A stretch of DNA of 64,000 bases from a virus (Duplodnaviria > Caudoviricetes), in the IMG/VR virus record IMGVR_UViG_3300021399_000106, positions 64,001 to 128,000 of that record, one strand, 5' to 3'. Of this stretch, positions 11,880 to 22,945 are shown piece by piece. The position numbers were made by a program, and so were the translations under genes. The notes under the pieces were generated by a model. It searched no databases. It was given only the letters and a program-made list of their open reading frames with translations, and was not told the DNA's origin. The stretch's first letter is position 1, and the number at the start of each line of letters is the position of its first letter.

Positions 11880-12797
11880 ATGGCAAAAAAATTGAGTGAA
11901 GAAAAATTAAATGTAACAGAAACATTGGCTGCTACGCATCTAGGTAAGAAATCAGCTGGTAGTGAAAAGTATGATAAAAGCTTACTTGTAGCTGTTCCTA
12001 GAATTGAAAACAGAACCGCTTATGGTATTGAAGAAAGTAATTTACCATTTGTAGGTTATGATGTTTGGGATGCTTATGAAGTATCATTTATGACTACTAA
12101 TAACGTTCCTTGTATGTATGTTTTAAAAATTAAATATCCTTGTAATAGTCCTTATATTGTAGAATCTAAGTCATTAAAATTATATTTAAATTCTTTCAAT
12201 ATGACACCTTTAAAGGATACTATTGAAGAAAGTACACAATACTTTTTAGATACTGTTAAAAAGGATTTAGAAGAGCTTTTAAAAACAACAGTTGAATTAC
12301 ACTTACATACAGAATATTCTAAATCAAAATGTAAAATGTTTAAAGGTTATACTAATTTAAAGAAATTAGTAAATATGAATGAATTACATTGCGAAAAGTT
12401 TAATGAAGCACCGGAACTATTAAGCTTTGATAGCTCTAATGCAAACAAGGAATTAAAAATTACTTTTGATTCAATGAGATCAAATTGTAGAGTAACACAT
12501 CAACCTGACTTCGCAGATGCATTTATTAGAATTAAATGCAAAGATGGTGTTGATTTAACTAATCTAACTAAATATTTAATTTCATTTAGAAAAGAGTGGC
12601 ATTTCCATGAAGAATGTGTTGAAATGATTTATAAGAGATTATTAGATAAATATAATCCAGAAATTCTTATGGTAGGTGCTTTATATACAAGACGTGGTGG
12701 AATTGATATTTGCCCTATGAGAGCATTAAATAGTGATTTATTAGATAAAGAATTAATTTCAATTAATAAATATACTAAGAAAACTATTAAACAATAA
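11880..12797 (+). CDS. queF: preQ0 reductase, bimodular YqcD-type QueF
   Basis: DVWDAYEVS, IVESKSLKLYLNS, RSNCRVTHQPD, FHEECVE, YTRRGGIDI. Confidence 0.93.
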   Translation: MAKKLSEEKLNVTETLAATHLGKKSAGSEKYDKSLLVAVPRIENRTAYGIEESNLPFVGYDVWDAYEVSFMTTNNVPCMYVLKIKYPCNSPYIVESKSLKLYLNSFNMTPLKDTIEESTQYFLDTVKKDLEELLKTTVELHLHTEYSKSKCKMFKGYTNLKKLVNMNELHCEKFNEAPELLSFDSSNANKELKITFDSMRSNCRVTHQPDFADAFIRIKCKDGVDLTNLTKYLISFRKEWHFHEECVEMIYKRLLDKYNPEILMVGALYTRRGGIDICPMRALNSDLLDKELISINKYTKKTIKQ

Positions 12798-12812
12798 GGA
12801 GGATATTTGATT

Positions 12813-13637
12813 ATGAAATGTATTGTTAGTTTAAGTGGTGGTAGAGATAGCGCCACATGTTTAGGTCTTGCCGTAGAAAGATATGGTTCAGAAAATGTTT
12901 ACGCTGTAGGATTTGAATATGGAAGTAAACATCCTCAAGAATTAGATAGAGCACAACAAATTGCAGATTATTATGGTGTAGATTTCCAAGTTATTCAAAT
13001 CTTACCTGAAATCTTTAAAGGCTCTACATGTACAATGTTAAAAGGCTCTAAGGAAGAAGTGCAAAAAGGTAAAACTTATACAGAAATTCAAGCTGAAAAG
13101 GGAGGTAAAGTAGATACTTATGTTCCTTTTAGAAATGGATTATTTTCAGCATTTGTTGCAGCAAGAGCTGAAAGTCTAGTTCAACAATTTGATGAAGATG
13201 TTGTTATTATGCTTGGGCAACATGCAGATGATAGTGGATACTACATTGATGAAAATGGAGAAGAGCATTTAGATGATTCTAAGGCTGCTTATCCAGATTG
13301 TTCTGTTAATTTTGTAAGAGCATTTGAAAAAGTAGTAGCTATAAGTTCTGTAGGTAGAGTTCATTATGAAGCTCCATTTGTAAAGAACCATAAATGGGAA
13401 TTAATTAAAACAGGATTAGAGTTAGCAAAGCCTGTTCCTTATGAATTATGTTTAAGCTGTTATGACCCTATTGAAGAAAATGGCGAAGTTAAAGAATGTA
13501 TGCAATGTGCTACATGTTTAGATGTTATTGATAACACAAGAAAAGCATTAGAAGCTATTAAGAATTCTAATCCAGAATTGTATAATAATTTAATAAAAAA
13601 AGATTATTATAAAAAGTATTTAAAAGAGGTAGCTTAA
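12813..13637 (+). CDS. queC: 7-cyano-7-deazaguanine synthase
   Basis: SLSGGRDS, YG..H..E, YVPFRN, YPDC, SCY..CMQCATC. The alternative TTG start is 12807. Confidence 0.95.
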   Translation: MKCIVSLSGGRDSATCLGLAVERYGSENVYAVGFEYGSKHPQELDRAQQIADYYGVDFQVIQILPEIFKGSTCTMLKGSKEEVQKGKTYTEIQAEKGGKVDTYVPFRNGLFSAFVAARAESLVQQFDEDVVIMLGQHADDSGYYIDENGEEHLDDSKAAYPDCSVNFVRAFEKVVAISSVGRVHYEAPFVKNHKWELIKTGLELAKPVPYELCLSCYDPIEENGEVKECMQCATCLDVIDNTRKALEAIKNSNPELYNNLIKKDYYKKYLKEVA

Positions 13638-14272
13638 TGAGAGATAGAAAAGATTTATTAAAAAGAGAAGAGCTTGAAAGAATTGCAAGAGAATTTCTTG
13701 AAGCTGTAGATGAAAATCCTGATAGACCTGGATTAATTGAGACTCCTAAAAGAGTTGCAAAATATTGAATGGAATTATTGGAAGGTCAAAAGTATACTAA
13801 TGATGAAATTGCTAGTATGTATGATAAGTGTTTCGATTTAGATGACGATGATGAAACTGATGTAGATCTTTCACAAAATGATACAGGATTAAAGAGAGAT
13901 TTAGTTATTGAAAAAGATATTCCTATTTTCTCACATTGTGAACACCATATTGCTTTAATGTATGATATGAAAGTAACAATTGCATATATTCCAAATAAGA
14001 GAGTTATTGGTTTATCAAAAATGGGAAGAATTGCTGAAATGGTTGGTAAAAGATTACAATTACAAGAAAAAATTGGAGCTGATATCAATTATATCATGAG
14101 AAAAATTTTAGGAACTAATGATGTTGCAGTTGTAATCGAAGGTAAGCACGGATGTATGACTGCAAGAGGTGTAAAGTCTAGAGAAGCTGTTACAAGAACA
14201 GCAAGTCTTGAAGGTGATTTTAAGAAAGATTCAGCTTTAAGAAACGAGCTTTATTCTTTACTAGGAATTTAA
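13637..14272 (+). CDS. folE: GTP cyclohydrolase I
   Basis: TAATG coupling to queC; RPGLIETPKRVAKY(W=TGA 13766), CEHH, GLSK, RLQLQE, HGCMTARG. Confidence 0.95.
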
Positions 14273-14350
14273 AAAATAATTAAAAAAAAATAAAGAATCT
14301 TACCAGTTAAGATTCTTTTTTATTGTATATTTATATATACATAATTATGA

Positions 14351-14764
14351 ATGAAAGGATTGATGCATATGAAAAAAGAAGGAATCAATATTACTAAGTT
14401 AACAGAGAATATGGATGTTTTTGACTCTTACTTATTTGGTGATAATTTAGAGGAAAAACAATTTGCTGTAGACTTACTTACTAGAGGACATGACTTTATA
14501 TATCGTATTGTAAATGGTAAACATAGATTCTATCCTTCTAGATTTATTGGTTATGCTAATAATAATATGGAAACTCATACAGCTGATCCTGGTGATGGAA
14601 GAAGAACTAATCACAGATTAAATGCAGCTGTAGGTAATAGATCTACTAAAGATGAATTATTAAGTAGCATCTATAATGCATATGTTAAACAAGTAAAACC
14701 AACTAATAAAAAGAAATATACTAAAAAGAAATTTTGGCACTATGATTTTGGAGGTCTTAACTAA
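14351..14764 (+). CDS. Hypothetical protein resembling the N-terminal domain of some HNH restriction proteins
   Basis: RG..F...FYPSRFIGY.NN...H...DGRRTN pattern (recalled, not searched); TAATG-coupled to dpdA. Confidence 0.45.
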   Translation: MKGLMHMKKEGINITKLTENMDVFDSYLFGDNLEEKQFAVDLLTRGHDFIYRIVNGKHRFYPSRFIGYANNNMETHTADPGDGRRTNHRLNAAVGNRSTKDELLSSIYNAYVKQVKPTNKKKYTKKKFWHYDFGGLN

Positions 14765-15834
14765 TGTTACCTGAATTACCTATTGAACAAAGAAATATGG
14801 AAAATCATTTTAGAAATATGCCTCCTCATCCATACTATCTAATAGCTGCAGGACAAGGATTTACAAAAGTAACATTTCCTGATGGAACTGAATCAACAAG
14901 TGATGAGGTTAAGAAAGAATTAGGTTATTGTCAACTATTTGCGTGAAATCTTGAAAAAAGTGCTCTTATGAAATGGGTTGAATACCTTACAGAGCATCCT
15001 GATCATCCTTGTAAACTCGTAGTTGATAGTGGTGCATATTCAATGTGGTCTAGAGGAAAAGAATTTGATATGGATGAATATATTAATTTCTTAAACTCTA
15101 ATAATGTAATTGAAAGAGCATTCTGGGTTGCAGAAGCAGATAAAATTCCAGGAAGTTTTGGTGTAGATCCTACACCAGAGGAAGTAGCAGCGGCTCCTGA
15201 AGAATCTTGGAATAACTATCTATATATGATTAAAAGAGTTAAATATCCAAAAAAGATTGTTCCTATCTTCCACATGGGTGAAGACTTCGAATATTTAAGA
15301 AGAATGCTTACATATCAATTTGAAGATGGCGATTTTATTCCATATATTGGAATTTCTCCAAGAAATGACGTTCATGTTAATTTCAAAACTGTTTGGTATG
15401 ATCAAGTATGGAAGTTTATATTTGAAGAATGTCAAAAATTAGGAAGAGATATTCCTTTAACACATAACTTCGGTATGACAACAATTTCCTTAATGGAGCA
15501 ATATCCAAGTTGTAGTTCTGACTCAACATCTTGGGTAAGATCTGCTTCTTTTGGAAATATAATGATTGTTAATAACGGAAAGATTGAAATTGTTTGCGTT
15601 AGTGATAGACAATTAAACAGTCCAGACCATATTAAAAATAAATCTAGAGCTTTACAAGAAGTTGTAGAAAGAGAATGTCAAAGAATTGGCAGAGGTTTAA
15701 CTCTTAATGATTTAATTTATAATGACCCATCATCATCTTTAAGAAAGTGTTTTAACTTGTATAGTTTACATGAATGGGCAACAAATTATAAATATTGTGG
15801 TACCGATGAATTTAAAGAAGATTTGTGAACTTAA
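14764..15834 (+). CDS. dpdA: DpdA-like DNA-guanine transglycosylase (TGT fold)
   Basis: Joined across TGA 14944 and 15826. VVDSGAYS, VPIFH, HNFG, SSDSTSW; sits in the que cluster. Confidence 0.8.
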
Positions 15835-15880
15835 AAACAAATATAAAAGTTAAAAATGATAAGGAGATAATATTTAATAA

Positions 15881-17020
15881 ATGATTTTAAAAAACCAATT
15901 ATTTAAAGATGTATGTGGATCAATTCTTTTTGCAATTGACTCTAGTACACTTGCAACTATTACAGATACTCTTGAATTAGTAACTATAGGAAAAACATTA
16001 TATTTAAATGTAACTAATCAAGAATATTATGTATCTTACAAATTTGAACTAGAACATGAAGAAGTATTTCATGCAACAGTTAATGCAACATTATTCTTAA
16101 AGTTAATAAATAGAATAACAACAGAAAATATTGAATTAACTTTAGAAGATAAGGATATGTTAATTAGAGGTAATGGTACTTATAGAATTCCATTTATTGT
16201 AAATGAATCTACAGGCGAACTTCTTGAATTACCTCAAATCAATATTATTAATAAAACAAAGGAATTTACAATTCCAACAACTGTTTTATCATCTATAGCT
16301 GAATATAATAGTAAGGAAATTTCTTCTGTTTCAATGGGAAAAGAAATATATAATTTATATTATATTGATAGAGAAGGCTGTATAACTCATACAAAATCCT
16401 CAGCATGTGTTAATAGTTTTACATTATCTGAAGATGTTAAGTTCTTATTAAATGATAGAATTGTAAAATTATTTAAATTATTTAAGAAAGAACCAAGTGT
16501 TAAATTCGCTCTTGGATATGATGCTATAAGTGAAACAATAATTCAAACTAAGGTATCATTTGAAGTTGATTATATTAAATTAACTGCAATTATTAGATCT
16601 GATGATACTTTATTAAATCAAGTTCCTGTAACAGCTATAAGAACAAGTGCAAATAAGATTTATCCAAATAAAGTTATATTAAATAAAGCTGAATTTTTAG
16701 CTGCAATTGATAGATTAATGCTATTTAATTCCGCAGAATCTAATATTAAACCTTATAATACATTCAAGTTTGATGTTGAAGGAAATTTAACTATTTATGA
16801 TTCAAAGAATATCAACTATGAAACACTTGCATATCAACCAGGAACAGAATTATCTGGTGAGTATACAATGAGAGTTGACTTAGCAGATTTCAAGAAAATT
16901 CTTGATAGCACAGCAGATTCTTTAATATCATTAAATTGTGGAACTACAAGAAATGGTGTTATTTCAACATTAAATGTAAAAAATATCTTTGCAGAAGTTA
17001 AAAGAGAAACTAATCAATAA
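15881..17020 (+). CDS. dnaN: Beta sliding clamp homologue
   Basis: 379 aa, beta-clamp-like size and pattern (LYLNVTNQE, ATVNATLFLKLI, EFLAAIDR); clamp-loader genes are also in the window. Confidence 0.7.
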   Translation: MILKNQLFKDVCGSILFAIDSSTLATITDTLELVTIGKTLYLNVTNQEYYVSYKFELEHEEVFHATVNATLFLKLINRITTENIELTLEDKDMLIRGNGTYRIPFIVNESTGELLELPQINIINKTKEFTIPTTVLSSIAEYNSKEISSVSMGKEIYNLYYIDREGCITHTKSSACVNSFTLSEDVKFLLNDRIVKLFKLFKKEPSVKFALGYDAISETIIQTKVSFEVDYIKLTAIIRSDDTLLNQVPVTAIRTSANKIYPNKVILNKAEFLAAIDRLMLFNSAESNIKPYNTFKFDVEGNLTIYDSKNINYETLAYQPGTELSGEYTMRVDLADFKKILDSTADSLISLNCGTTRNGVISTLNVKNIFAEVKRETNQ

Positions 17021-17034
17021 GGAGAGAATATTAT

Positions 17035-17787
17035 ATGCTAGCAGATTTATTAAGTCCTGCAAATTATATAATGGTAAATAGAGATGCTATCAGAATATTA
17101 GGATTAAATACAGCTGTATATTGCTCAGAGTTACTAACAATATATAAAAAGGTAGTAACTAAAAAGAAGTTTGTTAATGATGAAAAATACTTTGAAGTTG
17201 ACAGAGAATATATCAAGAAACAAACTTCTTTAGATATACAGGATCAGTTAAAATGTGATATTAATCTTGCAAAAGTTAATATAATAAAAATTGATAGTGT
17301 TAATCCTAATGTAATTTTCTTCGATATAGAAATATTTAGTTCCGTACTCGCATCTGAAGACATTAAACTATTAGATAATGTTGCAAAGAAAGTACAAGTT
17401 GAAAATCCAAAAGGAGTTAAACAAGCAGATAGAAACTATGTTATTCAAAGATTAAAGGATGGCATAGAGTGTAGAACTCCTGAAATATTATTTAAACTAC
17501 GCGAATGGATTGATTCTTTATTTGAAGCAGGTAAAGGATTATCTAAAGCTCAAGTAAAATTATTTAAAGATAAGTTAGATGATTATTGTAATGGTGATTT
17601 ACAAAAAGCTCTTGCTATAATTGAAATTGCAACTATTCACTCTTATATAGATTGTCAATGGGCAATTAACACTTATGAAAAAGATCATAATATTAAAAAC
17701 ACAATTACTTCATCACCTAACAGATATACATTTACAAGTACTAATGAGCAAAGAAAAACAACTAAAGTAAGCGATGAGGTGTTCTAA
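17035..17787 (+). CDS. Putative replication initiator / replisome organiser
   Basis: N-terminal YIMVNRDAIRILGLNTAVYCSEL resembles the winged-helix of phage replication proteins; replication gene context. Confidence 0.45.
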   Translation: MLADLLSPANYIMVNRDAIRILGLNTAVYCSELLTIYKKVVTKKKFVNDEKYFEVDREYIKKQTSLDIQDQLKCDINLAKVNIIKIDSVNPNVIFFDIEIFSSVLASEDIKLLDNVAKKVQVENPKGVKQADRNYVIQRLKDGIECRTPEILFKLREWIDSLFEAGKGLSKAQVKLFKDKLDDYCNGDLQKALAIIEIATIHSYIDCQWAINTYEKDHNIKNTITSSPNRYTFTSTNEQRKTTKVSDEVF

Positions 17788-18362
17788 TGAATGGATTAAC
17801 ATATAGTGTAATATATACACCCTCAACACATACAGATTATAATGCAAAATATGTTTGCTCAGATGGAAAAGTTCATATTAGATTTAGAGATTATAATAAA
17901 ACACAGATTATTGAAGGTTTTGAAGGAAAATTAACATATTTAATAACTTTCTTATTTAACAGAAATGGATGTTCAAACATATCTGAATTTATGACTCTAA
18001 ATGAAACATGAATACTAAATCAATATTTAGAAAAAGGAATTTCTGAATATACCTATAACTATTATAAATATAAAGGTTTAAAATTATTTGAAAAGTATAG
18101 TAAAAAAGATTCTTCTGGAGGATTTGGAGATTATAATACCTCATGTTTCCCTCAGGAAAATATTAAATATGATAATGCTACTACTATCAATAATATTGAT
18201 ATCTTTATAAAAGATTTAAAAATACAAGATTTAAACGAATTTCTTTTTGATGATGGATATAGCATTATTATTCACAAAAAGAAAAATGATAAAGATAATA
18301 AATTCATCAGAAAACAGAAAAAGAAATTAAAAACAGAATCTGACTTAATAGAATTATGATAA
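17787..18362 (+). CDS. Hypothetical protein
   Basis: Open through TGA 18009 and 18357 to TAA 18360; ends DLIELW. Confidence 0.65.
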
Positions 18363-18377
18363 AGGAGATAATGCAAT

Positions 18378-18653
18378 ATGAAAAGACCTGTAATAAAATG
18401 TCCTAACTGTGGAGCTGAGTATATGGCTGCGGAAATTTATTTACCTGATTATTTTTTAGGTAAACCTTCTAATATCGTTAAGGGGCACGAACATAACATT
18501 TTAGCTTATGACGGAAATGATATGGATTTAGAAGAGGAATATCAATGTGATTACTGTAATCAAAAGTTTAAAGTTAAGGCAACTGTAACATTTAAAACAG
18601 AAGCATACAATGATTTATTCGACGATGATGAGTATGTAAGTAAAGGAGAATAA
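18378..18653 (+). CDS. Zinc-ribbon protein
   Basis: CPNC and CDYC pairs. Confidence 0.7.
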   Translation: MKRPVIKCPNCGAEYMAAEIYLPDYFLGKPSNIVKGHEHNILAYDGNDMDLEEEYQCDYCNQKFKVKATVTFKTEAYNDLFDDDEYVSKGE

Positions 18654-18655
18654 TT

Positions 18656-20335
18656 GTGATATTTATAACTGAAAACACTCCTAAAAAGTTATCAGGTATT
18701 ACATCACTATTTCTAAATTTTCCTTATAATAAGGATATCATTGAAACTATAAAAAGATGCGATAAATATGTATATGATGGAGAAACTAAAACGTGAGAGA
18801 TTCCTGTCACATTCCTATCATACATATTAGATGAGCTAACTTATTATGACGATATTACCCTCAAACTACTTAAAGAAGATAGTAAAGAGGTCTACTACCC
18901 TAAGCTTATAGAGAGATACAAAACAAAGCCGTTTAAACATCAAATTGAAGGTATTGAATGAGGATTAAACTTATCTAAAGGAGGTCTACTTTTAGACGAT
19001 CCAGGATTAGGAAAATCTTTACAAATGATTTATTTAGCAGAAGAATTAAAAGAGCAAAAAGGATTAGAACATTGTTTAATAATTTGTGGTATAAATACTC
19101 TTAAAGGTAACTGAAAATCAGAAATTCAAAAACATTCAAATCTATCATGTAGAGTAATAGGAGAAAAGATTTCTAAAAAAGGTAAGATAAGCTCTGCAAG
19201 TATCGCAGAAAGAGCAAAAGAACTTAAAGAACCTTTAGATGCATTTTTCTACATACTAAATATAGAATCTCTTCGTTATAAAGAAATTGTAGAGGCAATA
19301 AAAAAATCAAAAAACAAAATTGATTTAATAGTTTTTGATGAATGTCATAAATGTGCAAATGCTCAATCTCAACAAAGTCAAGGATTACTTAAATTAAAAG
19401 AAGCAAGATTAAAAATTGGTCTTACAGGAACACTTCTAACTAATAGCCCTCTTAATGCTTATACACCATTAAAATGAATAGATGTAGAAAAATCTACACT
19501 TACTAATTTTAAAGGATTATATTGTGAGTTTGGCGGATTTGGCGGTCATCAAATAATAGGTTATAAAAATATTGATATTCTTAAAAATGAGATAGAAACA
19601 TGCTCTTTAAGAAGAACAAAAGATATATTAGAAGATCTTCCTCCTAAAACAGTAATTATAGAAAAATTAGATATGAATGATGCTCATAGAGAATTCTATG
19701 AAGCTGTTAAAAATGGTGTTAAAGAGGAAGTAAATAAAATTGATTTAAACCTAAGTAGCACTTTAGCATTAACTACAAGATTACTTCAAGCTACATCTTG
19801 TCCCTCAATATTAACTACATCTGATATCATGTCAACAAAGATAGAAAGAGCTTTAGAGTTAGTTGAAGAAATTTGCGGCCATAATCAAAAAGTAGTTATA
19901 ATGTCAAGATTTAAGGAACCTATATATCAATTAGAAAAATTATTAAAAGATTACCATCCTTTAAGAGGTGATGGAGATATATCTGAAGACCAGTTTGAAA
20001 AGAACAAGAAGTTATTCCAAGAAGATAATGAGTATATGGTTTGATTAGGAACACATTCAAAATCAGGAACAGGAATAACATTAAATAAAGCTTCTTATAT
20101 GATACTACTTGACTGCCCTTGAACTGCTGCAGTTACAAAACAAGTAGAGGATAGAATTCATAGAATAGGCTCTAAAAACAATGTTTTCATTTATCGACTA
20201 GTATGTAATGATACTATAGATGAAGTTGTTCAAAAAGCTATTAAGTTAAAAGAAGCCTTAGCAGATTTCGTTATCGATGATAAGGTTGATGACGCTACAC
20301 TTCAAATTTTAAAGAACTATATTTTGGAGTTGTAG
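18656..20335 (+). CDS. SNF2-family helicase/translocase with HARP-like N-terminus
   Basis: GTG start; six TGA and no TGG. DDPGLGKS, GN(W)KSEI, DECH, LTGT, GTGITL, DCP(W), QVEDRIHRIG. Confidence 0.92.
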
Positions 20336-20423
20336 AGAGAGGAAATAACTCTTTAAATTCTTGAAATGAACATTCACTAAAATATTTACATTTGGAATTT
20401 AAAGATGAAAGGAAGACAGTTTT

Positions 20424-22640
20424 ATGCAAAAAGTTATTAAAAGAGATGGAACATTGGTTGCTTATGATTCTAACAAAATTAGACAAGTTTTAAAGAATGC
20501 CAATGCCGATGTGGCAAAAAAAGATAGAGCATCCGAAGAGGATGTTAATTTTATCATTAATTATATTGAATCTCTTCCTAGAATTAGAATGAAGGTAGAT
20601 GAAATTCAAGATATAATTGAAAACCAATTAGTAACTTTAAATAAATACCAATTAGCAAAAAATTATATTACATATAGATTTCAGAGAGATTTAGTTAGAA
20701 AGAGTAATACTACAGACCAAACTATTAGGGAATTACTTGATGGTACTAATGAATATTGAAAAACAGAAAATTCAAATAAAAATGATAGAGTAGTTACAAC
20801 TCAAAGAGATTATATTGCAGGTATTACATCTACAGATATCTCTAAAAGATTTTTACTCCCTAAAGAAGTTGTAAAAGCTCATGATGAAGGTATTATTCAT
20901 TTCCATGATATGGATTATTTCGGACAAAATGCCTTACATAACTGTGATTTAATTAATCTAGATGATATGTTACAAAATGGAACAATGATTAATGGTGTAA
21001 TGATTGAAAAACCACATTGGTTAAGTAAGGCAGTTACAATTGCAACTCAAATAATTACCGCTGTTGCAAGTTCTCAATATGGTGGTTGTACAATTAGTTT
21101 AACTCATTTAGCACCTTTTGTTAGAGAGAGTTATAAGAAGTATTTAAATAAATATGCTAAACGTGGATTTAGTAAAGAGGATTGTGAAAAATACGCTAAA
21201 GAGGATTTACAACAAGAAATTGAATCTTCAGTTCAAACATTCAATTATCAAATTAATTCAATGTCAACAACTAATGGACAGGCACCATTTTTAAGTGTTT
21301 GTATGTATTTAGGCGAAACAGAAGAATATAAAGAAGAATTAGCACTATTAATTGAGGAATTCTTAAAACAAAGAATTTTAGGTATGAAAAATAATAAAGG
21401 TGTTTATGTAACTCCTGCATTTCCTAAATTACTATATGTTTTAGAGGAAGATAATATTCATGATAATTCTAAATATTTCTATTTAACACAATTAGCTGCT
21501 AAATGTACAGCTAAAAGATTAGTACCTGATTACATTTCAGAAAAAGTAATGAAGGAATTAAAACATAATATTGATGGTTCTTCAAGTTGTTATCCTTGTA
21601 TGGGTTGCCGTTCATTCTTAACACCTGATAGAACAATGAATATTGGTAATATAGCAAATGCAAAAAATTATGTTAAAGGTAAACCAAAATTTTATGGCAG
21701 ATTTAATCAAGGAGTTGTAACTATCAATTTACCTGATATAGCATTATCAAGTAAAGGTGATATGAAAAAGTTCTGGAAAATATTTGACCAAAGATTAGAT
21801 TTATGTCATACAGCTTTAAGATGTAGACATGAAAGATTATTAGATAGATATTCAGATATGGCTCCTATTTTATGGCAAGATGGTGCATTAGCTAGATTAG
21901 GTAAACATGAAAAGATTAATAAGTTATTATATAATGGTTATTCTACTATTTCATTAGGTTATGCAGGATTATATGAATGTGTTAAGTATATGACAGGACA
22001 TAGTCATACTGATGGTAATGGTGGTAAAGCATTTGGACTTGAAGTAATGCAACATATGAATGATGCATGTAATAAATGGAAGGCAAAAGAAAATATTGAT
22101 TATTCAGTATATGGTACACCTATTGAGTCAACAACATATAAATTAGCTAAATGTTTAAAGAAGAGATTTGGTGAAGATGTATTTGTTAAGATTGATGGTA
22201 GAGATAGAAACTATGTAACTAATTCTTATCACGTTCCAGTATTTGAAGAAATTGATGCTTTTGATAAATTAAAATTAGAATCTGAATTCCAAAGATTAAG
22301 TCCTGGTGGAGCAATTAGTTATATTGAAACACCTAATCTTCAAAATAATACAGAAGCAGTACTTGAAGTTATTAGATTTATATATGATAATATTATGTAT
22401 GCTGAATTAAATACTAAATCAGATTACTGTCAAAAATGTGGTTCAACTGGGGAAATTGAAATGATTGAAGATGGTAAAGGTAAATTAATTTGAAGATGTC
22501 CAGTTTGTGGAAATACAGATATGAATTTTATGAATATTGCTAGAAGAGTTTGTGGTTATATTTCTACAAATGCAATGAATCAAGGACGTATGAATGAGAT
22601 AAAGGAAAGAGTAATACATCTGGATAATAAAGAAATTTAA
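20424..22640 (+). CDS. nrdD: Anaerobic (class III) ribonucleotide reductase with ATP cone
   Basis: VIKRDG ATP cone, HFHDMDY, NCDL, MGCRS, TNSYH, CQKC..CPVC, RRVCGY; TGA at 20757 and 22491. Confidence 0.96.
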
Positions 22641-22709
22641 TAATTAAGGTCGAAAGACCTTTTTATTTTACTTGTTTATTGTATAATTATTTATAAAGTG
22701 GAGGTATTT

Positions 22710-22943
22710 ATGAAAATAGAAATAGATGTTAAATTCAATATTGGTGATAGAGTTTATGTAAGAAGTCATAACAATGATAGATTGGATACTGATGGTGAAG
22801 GTATTATTGAAGGTTATGTTATTAATAAAACAAAAAAGAGTTGTAAAGTTTATTATTTAGTTGAAGGAAGAGGTAGTTATCGTCGAAAATATCGTTATAC
22901 TGTAGGTGAATTGGAATTAATTGACGATAAGGAAGGAAACTAA
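22710..22943 (+). CDS. Hypothetical protein (SH3-like FNIGDRV motif)
   Basis: GGAGG RBS before ATG 22710. Confidence 0.55.
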   Translation: MKIEIDVKFNIGDRVYVRSHNNDRLDTDGEGIIEGYVINKTKKSCKVYYLVEGRGSYRRKYRYTVGELELIDDKEGN

Positions 22944-22945
22944 TT

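Noticed and set aside
20757-20910. Intron or intein in nrdD, or in the polA insertion near 3350-3550
   Set aside because: The nrdD gap is normal coding sequence after a TGA. The polA insert is short, in frame, and lacks intein terminal residues.
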